Shown here: positions 49,601-64,000 of the stretch, piece after piece
How positions within the stretch are numbered: position 1 is the stretch's first letter
How the letters are laid out: every line of letters starts with the position of its first letter
Source of the DNA: Auanema rhodensis
Lineage: Eukaryota; Animalia; Nematoda
DNA: 64,000 nt
Direction: 5' to 3'
Assembly (NCBI GenBank): GCA_964057225.1
Contig: OZ059896.1
Coordinates: 18,600,001 to 18,664,000 of the forward strand
The notes under the pieces: model-generated
Database searches by the model: none
Seen by the model: the letters and a program-made list of their open reading frames with translations, nothing else
What the model was told of the DNA's origin: nothing
Made by a program: the position numbers and the translations under genes

Positions 49601-51098
49601 AATGGATAAGGCGTCGGACTTCGGATCCGAAGATTGTAGGTTCGAGTCCTGCCAGGGTCGTTATTTTTTGTTTTAAAAAAATCATTACTCGATAGTTTAC
49701 ATGTTTTATGCTGTATTATCTCATACAATTGAAAAAAATACTAGCAATAAAACAAATGCAGTGATAATATTCTCGAAAATGTTCCTATTCAGAGTGAGAA
49801 AATATCTACAATTTCCCGAAGGTTTTCTCATAAGGTACTAAAATAAAAGTATTATTTCATATTATTATTTTTTCAGACCTAAATCGATTAAAAAAAATCA
49901 ACTACATTTTAGTGAGTTACTGGGTTGGGTTATACAAATTGTCTAATTAGAATGCGATTTAAATGGCCTTGTGGCCTAATGGATAAGGCGTCGGACTTCG
50001 GATCCGAAGATTGTAGTTTCGAGTCCTGCCAGGGTCGTTATTTTTTGTTTCAAAAAAATCATTACCTGATAGTTTACATGTTTTATTCTGTATTATCTCA
50101 TACAATTGAAAAAAATACTAGCAGTAAAACAAATGCAGTGATATTATTCTCGAGAATGTTCCTATTCAGAGTGAGAAAATATCTACAATTTCCCGAAGGT
50201 TTTCTCATAAGGTACTAAAATAAAAGTATTATTTCATATTATTATTTTTTCAGACCTAGAATCGATAAAAAAAAATCAACTACATTTTAGTGAGTTACTG
50301 GGTTGGGTTATACAAATTGTCTAATTAGAATGCGATTTACATGGTCTTGTGGCCTAATGGATAAGGCGTCGGACTTCGGATCCGAAGATTGTAGGTTCGA
50401 GTCCTGCCAGGGTCGTTATTTTTTGTTTTAAAAAAATCATTACTCGATAGTTTACATGTTTTATGCTGTATTATCTCATACAATTGAAAAAAATACTAGC
50501 AATAAAACAAATGCAGTGATAATATTCTCGAAAATGTTCCTATTCAGAGTGAGAAAGTATCAAAATTTTCCCAAAGGTTTTCTCATAAGGTACTAAAATA
50601 AAAGTATTATTTCATATTATTATTTTTTCAGACCTAGAATCGATAAAAAAAAATCAACTACATTTTAGTGAGTTACTGGGTTGGGTTATACAAATTGTCT
50701 AATTAAAATGCGATTTACATGGCCTTGTGGCCTAATGGATAAGGCGTCGGACTTCGGATCCGAAGATTGTAGGTTCGAGTCCTGCCAGGGTCGTTATTTT
50801 TTGTTTTAAAAAAATCATTACTCGATAGTTTACATGTTTTATGCTGTATTATCTCATACAATTGAAAAAAATACCAGCAATAGAACAAATGCAGTGATAA
50901 TATTCTCGAAAATGTTCATATTCAGAGTGAGAAAATATCTACAATTTCCCGAAGGTTTTCTCATAAGGTACTAAAATAAAAGTATTATTTCATATCATTA
51001 TTTTTTCAGACCTAGAATCGATAAAAAAAAATCAACTACATTTTAGTGAGTTACTGGGTTGGGTTATGCAAATTGTCTAATTTGAATGCGATTTAAAT

Positions 51099-51171
51099 GG
51101 CCTTGTGGCCTAATGGATAAGGCGTCGGACTCCGGATCCGAAGATTGTAGGTTCGAGTCCTGCCAGGGTCG
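51099..51171 (+). tRNA. tRNA-Arg(CCG), anticodon-switched copy
   Basis: Anticodon loop reads CT CCG GA (T34>C at 51132). The rest of the gene is consensus. Confidence 0.8.
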
Positions 51172-52599
51172 TTATTTTTTGTTTCAAAACAATCATTACC
51201 TGATAGTTTACATGTTTTATTCTATATTATCTCATACAATTGAAAAAAATACTAGCAGTAAAACAAATGCAGTGATAATATTCTCGAAAATGTTCCTATT
51301 CAGAGTGAGAAAGTATCAAAATTTTCCCAAAGGTTTTCTCATAAGGTACTAAAATAAAAGTATTATTTCATATTATTATTTTTTCAGACCTAGAATCGAT
51401 AAAAAAAATCAACTACATTTTATTGAGTTACTGGGTTGGGTTATACAAATTGTCTAATTAGAATGCGATTTACATGGCCTTGTGGCCTAATGGATAAGGC
51501 GTCGGACTTCGGATCCGAAGATTGTAGGTTCGAGTCCTGCCAGGGTCGTTATTTTTTGTTTTAAAAAAATCATTACTCGATAGTTTACATGTTTTATGCT
51601 GTATTATCTCATACAATTGAAAAAAATACTAGCAATAAAACAAATGCAGTGATAATATTCTCGAAAATGTTCCTATTCAGAGTGAGAAAATATCTACAAT
51701 TTCCCGAAGGTTTTCTCATAAGGTACTAAAATAAAAGTATTATTTCATATTATTATTTTTTCAGACCTAAATCGATTAAAAAAAATCAACTACATTTTAG
51801 TGAGTTACTGGGTTGGGTTATACAAATTGTCTAATTAGAATGCGATTTAAATGGCTTTGTGGCCTAATGGATAAGGCGTCGGACTTCGGATCCGAAGATT
51901 GTAGTTTCGAGTCCTGCCAGGGTCGTTATTTTTTGTTTCAAAAAAATCATTACCTGATAGTTTACATGTTTTATTCTGTATTATCTCATACAATTGAAAA
52001 AAATACTAGCAGTAAAACAAATGCAGTGATATTATTCTCGAGAATGTTCCTATTCAGAGTGAGAAAATATCTACAATTTCCCGAAGGTTTTCTCATAAGG
52101 TACTAAAATAAAAGTATTATTTCATATTATTATTTTTTCAGACCTAAATCGATTAAAAAAAATCAACTACATTTTAGTGAGTTACTGGGTTGGGTTATAC
52201 AAATTGTCTAATTAGAATGCGATTTAAATGGCCTTGTGGCCTAATGGATAAGGCGTCGGACTTCGGATCCGAAGATTGTAGTTTCGAGTCCTGCCAGGGT
52301 CGTTATTTTTTGTTTCAAAAAAATCATTACCTGATAGTTTACATGTTTTATTCTGTATTATCTCATACAATTGAAAAAAATACTAGCAGTAAAACAAATG
52401 CAGTGATATTATTCTCGAGAATGTTCCTATTCAGAGTGAGAAAATATCTACAATTTCCCGAAGGTTTTCTCATAAGGTACTAAAATAAAAGTATTATTTC
52501 ATATTATTATTTTTTCAGACCTAGAATCGATAAAAAAAAATCAACTACATTTTAGTGAGTTACTGGGTTGGGTTATACAAATTGTCTAATTAGAATGCG

Positions 52600-55500
52600 A
52601 TTTACATGGCCTTGTGGCCTAATGGATAAGGCGTCGGACTTCGGATCCGAAGATTGTAGGTTCGAGTCCTGCCAGGGTCGTTATTTTTTGTTTCAAAACA
52701 ATCATTACCTGATAGTTTACATGTTTTATTCTATATTATCTCATACAATTGAAAAAAATACTAGCAGTAAAACAAATGCAGTGATAATATTCTCGAAAAT
52801 GTTCCTATTCAGAGTGAGAAAGTATCAAAAATTTCCCAAAGGTTTTCTCATAAGGTACTAAAATAAAAGTATTATTTCATATTATCATTTTTTCAGACCT
52901 AGAATCGATAAAAAAAAATCAACTACATTTTAGTGAGTTACTGGGTTGGGTTATACAAATTGTCTAATTTGAATGCGATTTAAATGGCCTTGTGGCCTAA
53001 TGGATAAGGCGTCGGACTTCGGATCCGAAGATTGTAGGTTCGTGTCCTGCCAGGGTCGTTATTTTTTGTTTCAAAACAATCATTACCTGATAGTTTACAT
53101 GTTTTATTCTATATTATCTCATACAATTGAAAAAAAATACTATCAGTAAAACAAATGCAGTGATAATACTCTCGAAAATGTTCCTATTCAGAGTGAGAAA
53201 GTATCAAAATTTTCCCAAAGGTTTTCTCATAAGGTACTAAAATAAAAGTATTATTTCATATTATTATTTTTTCAGACCTAGAATCGATAAAAAAAAATCA
53301 ACTACATTTTAGTGAGTTACTGGGTTGGGTTATACAAATTGTCTAATTAAAATGCGATTTACATGGCCTTGTGGCCTAATGGATAAGGCGTCGGACTTCG
53401 GATCCGAAGATTGTAGGTTCGAGTCCTGCCAGGGTCGTTATTTTTTGTTTTAAAAAAATCATTACTCGATAGTTTACATGTTTTATGCTGTATTATCTCA
53501 TACAATTGAAAAAAATACCAGCAATAGAACAAATGCAGTGATAATATTCTCGAAAATGTTCCTATTCAGAGTGAGAAAATATCTACAATTTCCCGAAGGT
53601 TTTCTCATAAGGTACTAAAATAAAAGTATTATTTCATATTATCATTTTTTCAGACCTAGAATCGATAAAAAAAATCAACTACATTTTAGTGAGTTACTGG
53701 GTTGGGTTATACAAATTGTCTAATTAGAATGCGATTTACATGGCCTTGTGGCCTAATGGATAAGGCGTCGGACTTCGGATCCGAAGATTGTAGGTTCGAG
53801 TCCTGCCAGGGTCGTTATTTTTTGTTTTAAAAAAATCATTACCTGATAGTTTACGTTTTTTATGCTGTATTATCTCATACAATTGAAAAAAATACTAGCA
53901 ATAAAACAAATGCAGTGATAATATTCTCGAAAATGTTCCTATTCAGAGTGAGAAAATATCTACAATTTCCCGAAGGTTTTCTCATAAGGTACTAAAATAA
54001 AAGTATTATTTCATATTATTATTTTTTCAGACCTAAATCGATTAAAAAAAATCAACTACATTTTAGTGAGTTACTGGGTTGGGTTATACAAATTGTCTAA
54101 TTAGAATGCGATTTAAATGGCCTTGTGGCCTAATGGATAAGGCGTCGGACTTCGGATCCGAAGATTGTAGTTTCGAGTCCTGCCAGGGTCGTTATTTTTT
54201 GTTTCAAAAAAATCATTACCTGATAGGTTACATGTTTTTTTGTTCTGTATTATCTCATACAATTGAAAAAAATACTAGCAGTAAAACAAATGCAGTGATA
54301 TTATTCTCGAGAATGTTCCTATTCAGAGTGAGAAAATATCTACAATTTCCCGAAGGTTTTCTCATAAGGTACTAAAATAAAAGTATTATTTCATATTATT
54401 ATTTTTTCAGACCTAGAATCGATAAAAAAAAATCAACTACATTTTAGTGAGTTACTGGGTTGGGTTATACAAATTGTCTAATTAGAATGCGATTTACATG
54501 GCCTTGTGGCCTAATGGATAAGGCGTCGGACTTCGGATCCGAAGATTGTAGGTTCGAGTCCTGCCAGGGTCGTTATTTTTTGTTTTAAAAAAATCATTAC
54601 TCGATAGTTTACATGTTTTATGCTGTATTATCTCATACAATTGAAAAAAATACTAGCAATAAAACAAATGCAGCGATAATATTTTCGAAAATGTTCCTAT
54701 TCAGAGTGAGAAAGTATCAAAATTTTCCCAAAGGTTTTCTCATAAGGTACTAAAATAAAAGTATTATTTCATATTATTATTTTTTCAGACCTAGAATCGA
54801 TAAAAAAAAATCAACTACATTTTAGTGAGTTACTGGGTTGGGTTATACAAATTGTCTAATTTGAATGCGATTTAAATGGCCTTGTGGCCTAATGGATAAG
54901 GCGTCGGACTTCGGATCCGAAGATTGTAGGTTCGAGTCCTGCCAGGGTCGTTATTTTTTGTTTCAAAACAATCATTACCTGATAGTTTACATGTTTTATT
55001 CTATATTATCTCATACAATTGAAAACAATACTAGCAGTAAAACAAATGCAGTGATAATATTCTCGAAAATGTTCCTATTCAGAGTGAGAAAGTATCAAAA
55101 ATTTCCCAAAGGTTTTCTCATAAGGTACTAAAATAAAAGTATTATTTCATATTATCATTTTTTCAGACCTAGAATCGATAAAAAAAAATCAACTACATTT
55201 TAGTGAGTTACTGGGTTGGGTTATACAAATTGTCTAATTTGAATGCGATTTAAATGGCCTTGTGGCCTAATGGATAAGGCGTCGGACTTCGGATCCGAAG
55301 ATTGTAGGTTCGTGTCCTGCCAGGGTCGTTATTTTTTGTTTCAAAACAATCATTACCTGATAGTTTACATGTTTTATTCTATATTATCTCATACAATTGA
55401 AAAAAAATACTATCAGTAAAACAAATGCAGTGATAATACTCTCGAAAATGTTCCTATTCAGAGTGAGAAAGTATCAAAATTTTCCCAAAGGTTTTCTCAT

Positions 55501-58200
55501 AAGGTACTAAAATAAAAGTATTATTTCATATTATTATTTTTTCAGACCTAGAATCGATAAAAAAAAATCAACTACATTTTAGTGAGTTACTGGGTTGGGT
55601 TATACAAATTGTCTAATTAAAATGCGATTTACATGGCCTTGTGGCCTAATGGATAAGGCGTCGGACTTCGGATCCGAAGATTGTAGGTTCGAGTCCTGCC
55701 AGGGTCGTTATTTTTTGTTTTAAAAAAATCATTACTCGATAGTTTACATGTTTTATGCTGTATTATCTCATACAATTGAAAAAAATACCAGCAATAGAAC
55801 AAATGCAGTGATAATATTCTCGAAAATGTTCCTATTCAGAGTGAGAAAATATCTACAATTTCCCGAAGGTTTTCTCATAAGGTACTAAAATAAAAGTATT
55901 ATTTCATATTATCATTTTTTCAGACCTAGAATCGATAAAAAAAATCAACTACATTTTAGTGAGTTACTGGGTTGGGTTATACAAATTGTCTAATTAGAAT
56001 GCGATTTACATGGCCTTGTGGCCTAATGGATAAGGCGTCGGACTTCGGATCCGAAGATTGTAGGTTCGAGTCCTGCCAGGGTCGTTATTTTTTGTTTTAA
56101 AAAAATCATTACCTGATAGTTTACGTTTTTTATGCTGTATTATCTCATACAATTGAAAAAAATACTAGCAATAAAACAAATGCAGTGATAATATTCTCGA
56201 AAATGTTCCTATTCAGAGTGAGAAAATATCTACAATTTCCCGAAGGTTTTCTCATAAGGTACTAAAATAAAAGTATTATTTCATATTATTATTTTTTCAG
56301 ACCTAAATCGATTAAAAAAAATCAACTACATTTTAGTGAGTTACTGGGTTGGGTTATACAAATTGTCTAATTAGAATGCGATTTAAATGGCCTTGTGGCC
56401 TAATGGATAAGGCGTCGGACTTCGGATCCGAAGATTGTAGTTTCGAGTCCTGCCAGGGTCGTTATTTTTTGTTTCAAAAAAATCATTACCTGATAGGTTA
56501 CATGTTTTTTTGTTCTGTATTATCTCATACAATTGAAAAAAATACTAGCAGTAAAACAAATGCAGTGATATTATTCTCGAGAATGTTCCTATTCAGAGTG
56601 AGAAAATATCTACAATTTCCCGAAGGTTTTCTCATAAGGTACTAAAATAAAAGTATTATTTCATATTATTATTTTTTCAGACCTAGAATCGATAAAAAAA
56701 AATCAACTACATTTTAGTGAGTTACTGGGTTGGGTTATACAAATTGTCTAATTAGAATGCGATTTACATGGCCTTGTGGCCTAATGGATAAGGCGTCGGA
56801 CTTCGGATCCGAAGATTGTAGGTTCGAGTCCTGCCAGGGTCGTTATTTTTTGTTTTAAAAAAATCATTACTCGATAGTTTACATGTTTTATGCTGTATTA
56901 TCTCATACAATTGAAAAAAATACTAGCAATAAAACAAATGCAGCGATAATATTTTCGAAAATGTTCCTATTCAGAGTGAGAAAGTATCAAAATTTTCCCA
57001 AAGGTTTTCTCATAAGGTACTAAAATAAAAGTATTATTTCATATTATTATTTTTTCAGACCTAGAATCGATAAAAAAAAATCAACTACATTTTAGTGAGT
57101 TACTGGGTTGGGTTATACAAATTGTCTAATTTGAATGCGATTTAAATGGCCTTGTGGCCTAATGGATAAGGCGTCGGACTTCGGATCCGAAGATTGTAGG
57201 TTCGAGTCCTGCCAGGGTCGTTATTTTTTGTTTCAAAACAATCATTACCTGATAGTTTACATGTTTTATTCTATATTATCTCATACAATTGAAAACAATA
57301 CTAGCAGTAAAACAAATGCAGTGATAATATTCTCGAAAATGTTCCTATTCAGAGTGAGAAAGTATCAAAAATTTCCCAAAGGTTTTCTCATAAGGTACTA
57401 AAATAAAAGTATTATTTCATATTATCATTTTTTCAGACCTAGAATCGATAAAAAAAAATCAACTACATTTTAGTGAGTTACTGGGTTGGGTTATACAAAT
57501 TGTCTAATTTGAATGCGATTTAAATGGCCTTGTGGCCTAATGGATAAGGCGTCGGACTTCGGATCCGAAGATTGTAGGTTCGTGTCCTGCCAGGGTCGTT
57601 ATTTTTTGTTTCAAAACAATCATTACCTGATAGTTTACATGTTTTATTCTATATTATCTCATACAATTGAAAAAAAATACTATCAGTAAAACAAATGCAG
57701 TGATAATATTCTCGAAAATGTTCCTATTCAGAGTGAGAAAGTATCAAAATTTTCCCAAAGGTTTTCTCATAAGGTACTAAAATAAAAGTATTATTTCATA
57801 TTATTATTTTTTCAGACCTAGAATCGATAAAAAAAAATCAACTACATTTTAGTGAGTTACTGGGTTGGGTTATACAAATTGTCTAATTAAAATGCGATTT
57901 ACATGGCCTTGTGGCCTAATGGATAAGGCGTCGGACTTCGGATCCGAAGATTGTAGGTTCGAGTCCTGCCAGGGTCGTTATTTTTTGTTTTAAAAAAATC
58001 ATTACTCGATAGTTTACATGTTTTATGCTGTATTATCTCATACAATTGAAAAAAATACCAGCAATAGAACAAATGCAGTGATAATATTCTCGAAAATGTT
58101 CCTATTCAGAGTGAGAAATTATCTACAATTTCCCGAAGGTTTTCTCATAAGGTACTAAAATAAAAGTATTATTTCATATCATTACTTTTTCAGACCTAGA
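52600..58200 (+). repeat. 6-unit (2,270-bp) higher-order repeat, ~2.5 copies
   Basis: The GATAGGTTACATGTTTTTTTG variant occurs in the units with ORFs at 54079 and 56349. The B-box variant GGTTCGTG occurs at 53043, 55313 and 57583. Confidence 0.88.
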
Positions 58201-61200
58201 ATCGATAAAAAAAAATCAACTACATTTTAGTGAGTTACTGGGTTGGGTTATACAAATTGTCTAATTAAAATGCGATTTACATGGCCTTGTGGCCTAATGG
58301 ATAAGGCGTCGGACTTCGGATCCGAAGATTGTAGGTTCTAGTCCTGCCAGGGTCGTTATTTTTTGTTTCAAAACAATCATTACCTGATAGTTTACATGTT
58401 TTATTCTATATTATCTCATACAATTGAAAAAATACTAGCAGTAAAACAAATGCAGTGATAATATTCTCGAAAATGTTCCTATTCAGAGTGAGAAAGTATC
58501 AAAAATTTCCCAAAGGTTTTCTCATAAGGTACTAAAATAAAAGTATTATTTCATATTATTATTTTTTCAGACCTAGAATCGATAAAAAAAATCAACTACA
58601 TTTTAGTGAGTTACTGGGTTGGGTTATACAAATTGTCTAATTAGAATGCGATTTACATGGCCTTGTGGCCTAATGGATAAGGCGTCGGACTTCGGATCCG
58701 AAGATTGTAGGTTCGAGTCCTGCCAGGGTCGTTATTTTTTGTTTTAAAAAAATCATTACCTGATAGTTTACGTTTTTTATGCTGTATTATCTCATACAAT
58801 TGAAAAAAATACTAGCAGTAAAACAAATGCAGTGATAATATTCTCGAAAATGTTCCTATTCAGAGTGAGAAAGTATCAAAAATTTCCCAAAGGTTTTCTC
58901 ATAAGGTACTAAAATAAAAGTATTATTTCATATTATTATTTTTTCAGACCTAGAATCGATAAAAAAAATCAACTACATTTTAGTGAGTTACTGGGTTGGG
59001 TTATACAAATTGTCTAATTAGAATGCGATTTACATGGCCTTGTGGCCTAATGGATAAGGCGTCGGACTTCGGATCCGAAGATTGTAGGTTCGAGTCCTGC
59101 CAGGGTCGTTATTTTTTGTTTCAAAAAAATCATTACCTGATAGTTTACATGTTTTATTCTGTATTATCTCATACAATTGAAAAAAATACTAGCAGTAAAA
59201 CAAATGCAGTGATATTATTCTCGAGAATGTTCCTATTCAGAGTGAGAAAATATCTACAATTTCCCGAAGGTTTTCTCATAAGGTACTAAAATAAAAGTAT
59301 TATTTCATATTATTATTTTTTCAGACCTAGAATCGATAAAAAAAAATCAACTACAGTTTAGTGAGTTACTGGGTTGGGTTATACAAATTGTCTAATTAGA
59401 ATGCGATTTACATGGCCTTGTGGCCTAATGGATAAGGCGTCGGACTTCGGATCCGAAGATTGTAGTTTCGAGTCCTGCCAGGGTCGTTATTTTTTGTTTC
59501 AAAAAAATCATTACCTGATAGTTTACATGTTTTATTCTGTATTATCTCATACAATTGAAAAAAATACTAGCAGTAAAACAAATGCAGTGATATTATTCTC
59601 GAGAATGTTCCTATTCAGAGTGAGAAAATATCTACAATTTCCCGAAGGTTTTCTCATAAGGTACTAAAATAAAAGTATTATTTCATATTATTATTTTTTC
59701 AGACCTAGAATCGATAAAAAAAAATCAACTACATTTTAGTGAGTTACTGGGTTGGGTTATACAAATTGTCTAATTAGAATGCGATTTACATGGCCTTGTG
59801 GCCTAATGGATAAGGCGTCGGACTTCGGATCCGAAGATTGTAGGTTCGAGTCCTGCCAGGGTCGTTATTTTTTGTTTCAAAACAATCATTACTCGATAGT
59901 TTACATGTTTTATTCTATATTATCTCATACAATTGAAAAAAATACTAGCAATAAAACAAATGCAGTGATAATATTCTCGAAAATGTTCCTATTCAGAGTG
60001 AGAAAGTATCAAAAATTTCTCAAAGGTTTTCTCATAAGGTACTAAAATAAAAGTATTATTTCATATTATTATTTTTTCAGACCTAGAATCGATAAAAAAA
60101 ATCAACTACATTTTATTGAGTTACTGGGTTGGGTTATACAAATTGTCTAATTAGAATGCGATTTACATGGCCTTGTGGCCTAATGGATAAGGCGTCGGAC
60201 TTCGGTTCCGAAGATTGTAGGTTCGAGTCCTGCCAGGGTCGTTATTTTTTGTTTCAAAACAATCATTACTCGATAGTTTACATGTTTTATTCTATATTAT
60301 CTCATACAATTGAAAAAAATACTAGCAATAAAACAAATGCAGTGATAATATTCTCGAAAATGTTCCTATTCAGAGTGAGAAAGTATCAAAAATTTCTCAA
60401 AGGTTTTCTCATAAGGTACTAAAATAAAAGTATTATTTCATATTATTATTTTTTCAGACCTAGAATCGATAAAAAAAATCAACTACATTTTATTGAGTTA
60501 CTGGGTTGGGTTATACAAATTGTCTAATTAGAATGCGATTTACATGGCCTTGTGGCCTAATGGATAAGGCGTCGGACTTCGGATCCGAAGATTGTAGGTT
60601 CGAGTCCTGCCAGGGTCGTTATTTTTTGTTTTAAAAAAATCATTACTCGATAGTTTACATGTTTTATGCTGTATTATCTCATACAATTGAAAAAAATACT
60701 AGCAATAAAACAAATGCAGTGATAATATTCTCGAAAATGTTCCTATTCAGAGTGAGAAAATATCTACAATTTCCCGAAGGTTTTCTCATAAGGTACTAAA
60801 ATAAAAGTATTATTTCATATTATTATTTTTTCAGACCTAAATCGATAAAAAAAAATCAACTACATTTTAGTGAGTTACTGGGTTGGGTTATACAAATTGT
60901 CTAATTAGAATGCGATTTAAATGGCCTTGTGGCCTAATGGATAAGGCGTCGGACTTCGGATCCGAAGATTGTAGGTTCGAGTCCTGCCAGGGTCGTTATT
61001 TTTTGTTTTAAAAAAATCATTACCTGATAGTTTACGTTTTTTATGCTGTATTATCTCATACAATTGAAAAAAATACTAGCAGTAAAACAAATGCAGTGAT
61101 AATATTCTCGAAAATGTTCCTATTCAGAGTGAGAAAGTATCAAAAATTTCCCAAAGGTTTTCTCATAAGGTACTAAAATAAAAGTATTATTTCATATTAT

Positions 61201-64000
61201 TATTTTTTCAGACCTAGAATCGATAAAAAAAATCAACTACATTTTAGTGAGTTACTGGGTTGGGTTATACAAATTGTCTAATTAGAATGCGATTTACATG
61301 GCCTTGTGGCCTAATGGATAAGGCGTCGGACTTCGGATCCGAAGATTGTAGGTTCGAGTCCTGCCAGGGTCGTTATTTTTTGTTTTAAAAAAATCATTAC
61401 CTGATAGTTTACGTTTTTTATGCTGTATTATCTCATACAATTGAAAAAAATACTAGCAATAAAACAAATGCAGTGATAATATTCTCGAAAATGTTCCTAT
61501 TCAGAGTGAGAAAATATCTACAATTTCCCGAAGGTTTTCTCATAAGGTACTAAAATAAAAGTATTATTTCATATTATTATTTTTTCAGACCTAAATCGAT
61601 AAAAAAAAATCAACTACATTTTAGTGAGTTACTGGGTTGGGTTATACAAATTGTCTAATTAGAATGCGATTTAAATGGCCTTGTGGCCTAATGGATAAGG
61701 CGTCGGACTTCGGATCCGAAGATTGTAGTTTCGAGTCCTGCCAGGGTCGTTATTTTTTGTTTCAAAAAAATCATTACCTGATAGTTTACATGTTTTATTC
61801 TGTATTATCTCATACAATTGAAAAAAATACTAGCAGTAAAACAAATGCAGTGATATTATTCTCGAGAATGTTCCTATTCAGAGTGAGAAAATATCTACAA
61901 TTTCCCGAAGGTTTTCTCATAAGGTACTAAAATAAAAGTATTATTTCATATTATTATTTTTTCAGACCTAGAATCGATAAAAAAAAATCAACTACAGTTT
62001 AGTGAGTTACTGGGTTGGGTTATACAAATTGTCTAATTAGAATGCGATTTACATGGCCTTGTGGCCTAATGGATAAGGCGTCGGACTTCGGATCCGAAGA
62101 TTGTAGTTTCGAGTCCTGCCAGGGTCGTTATTTTTTGTTTCAAAAAAATCATTACCTGATAGTTTACATGTTTTATTCTGTATTATCTCATACAATTGAA
62201 AAAAATACTAGCAGTAAAACAAATGCAGTGATATTATTCTCGAGAATGTTCCTATTCAGAGTGAGAAAATATCTACAATTTCCCGAAGGTTTTCTCATAA
62301 GGTACTAAAATAAAAGTATTATTTCATATTATTATTTTTTCAGACCTAGAATCGATAAAAAAAAATCAACTACATTTTAGTGAGTTACTGGGTTGGGTTA
62401 TACAAATTGTCTAATTAGAATGCGATTTACATGGCCTTGTGGCCTAATGGATAAGGCGTCGGACTTCGGATCCGAAGATTGTAGGTTCGAGTCCTGCCAG
62501 GGTCGTTATTTTTTGTTTCAAAACAATCATTACTCGATAGTTTACATGTTTTATTCTATATTATCTCATACAATTGAAAAAAATACTAGCAATAAAACAA
62601 ATGCAGTGATAATATTCTCGAAAATGTTCCTATTCAGAGTGAGAAAGTATCAAAAATTTCTCAAAGGTTTTCTCATAAGGTACTAAAATAAAAGTATTAT
62701 TTCATATTATTATTTTTTCAGACCTAGAATCGATAAAAAAAATCAACTACATTTTATTCAGTTACTGGGTTGGGTTATACAAATTGTCTAATTAGAATGC
62801 GATTTACATGGCCTTGTGGCCTAATGGATAAGGCGTCGGACTTCGGATCCGAAGATTGTAGGTTCGAGTCCTGCCAGGGTCGTTATTTTTTGTTTTAAAA
62901 AAATCATTACTCGATAGTTTACATGTTTTATGCTGTATTATCTCATACAATTGAAAAAAATACTAGCAATAAAACAAATGCAGTGATAATATTCTCGAAA
63001 ATGTTCCTATTCAGAGTGAGAAAATATCTACAATTTCCCGAAGATTTTCTCATAAGGTACTAAAATAAAAGTATTATTTCATATTATTATTTTTTCAGAC
63101 CTAAATCGATAAAAAAAAATCAACTACATTTTAGTGAGTTACTGGGTTGGGTTATACAAATTGTCTAATTAGAATGCGATTTAAATGGCCTTGTGGCCTA
63201 ATGGATAAGGCGTCGGACTTCGGATCCGAAGATTGTAGTTTCGAGTCCTGCCAGGGTCGTTATTTTTTGTTTCAAAAAAATCATTACCTGATAGTTTACA
63301 TGTTTTATTCTGTTTTATCTCATACAATTGAAAAAAATACTAGCAGTAAAACAAATGCAGTGATATTATTCTCGAGAATGTTCCTATTCAGAGTGAGAAA
63401 ATATCTACAATTTCCCGAAGGTTTTCTCATAAGGTACTAAAATAAAAGTATTATTTCATATTATTATTTTTTCAGACCTAGAATCGATAAAAAAAAATCA
63501 ACTACATTTTAGTGAGTTACTGGGTTGGGTTATACAAATTGTCTAATTAGAATGCGATTTACATGGCCTTGTGGCCTAATGGATAAGGCGTCGGACTTCG
63601 GATCCGAAGATTGTAGGTTCGAGTCCTGCCAGGGTCGTTATTTTTTGTTTTAAAAAAATCATTACTCGATAGTTTACATGTTTTATGCTGTATTATCTCA
63701 TACAATTGAAAAAACTACTAGCAATAAAACAAATGCAGTGATAATATTCTCGAAAATGTTCCTATTCAGAGTGAGAAAGTATCAAAAGTTTCCCAAAGGT
63801 TTTCTCATAAGGTACTAAAATAAAAGTATTATTTCATATTATTATTTTTTCAGACCTAGAATCGATAAAAAAAAATCAACTACATTTTAGTGAGTTACTG
63901 GGTTGGGTTATACAAATTGTCTAATTTGAATGCGATTTAAATGGCCTTGTGGCCTAATGGATAAGGCGTCGGACTTCGGATCCGAAGATTGTAGGTTCGA

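Larger units (their letters stand above)
40414..64000 (+). repeat. Tandem array of ~377-bp tRNA-Arg(UCG) units (right arm, ~63 copies, last one cut by the window end)
   Basis: The same unit resumes at GTATTATTTCATATT (40414). First tRNA at 40530, last (partial) at 63943. Confidence 0.98.

Noticed and set aside
120-63440. About 90 near-identical 88/97-aa ORFs (MRFTWPCGLMDKASDFGSEDCRFESCQGR...)
   Set aside because: They are translations through the tRNA gene and AT-rich spacer. Many units carry stops or frameshifts, and the 97-aa form starts at TTG. There is no sign of coding constraint.
1-64000. CRISPR-like repeat-spacer array
   Set aside because: Spacers are near-identical rather than unique, the unit is 377 bp, the repeat is a eukaryotic tRNA, and there are no cas genes.

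Overview
Eukaryotic (animal, probably invertebrate) DNA. About 54 kb of the window is a head-to-tail array of a ~377-bp unit. Each unit carries one + strand tRNA-Arg(UCG) gene and a Pol III T-run terminator. By spacing I estimate ~81 copies left and ~63 right of an interruption. The many 88/97-aa ORFs in the track are artefacts of this unit. At 30576-40413 the array is interrupted by a ~9.8-kb Ty3/Gypsy-type LTR retroelement with a tRNA-Gln PBS, a PPT, PR-RT-RH-IN order, a 383-bp 3' LTR and a truncated 5' LTR. The most unusual feature is its gene order, gag - env - pol. A class III (rhabdovirus-G / herpes-gB / chuvirus-like) fusion glycoprotein lies between Gag and protease. Its N-half is fused in frame to Gag through an internal signal peptide, and its C-half plus TM anchor is fused in frame to Pol. 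The break between the two ORFs falls inside the ectodomain and coincides with a 156-bp antisense insertion flanked by AAGAAT repeats. The ancestral element was therefore probably one Gag-Env-Pol polyprotein. This copy looks dead: U3 is lost from the 5' LTR, RNase H has a D>N change, and the integrase HHCC domain is partly deleted. The array shows nested higher-order repeats, two subfamilies, likely defective tRNA variants and one UCG>CCG anticodon switch. All protein family calls come from motif recognition by eye, not database searches.
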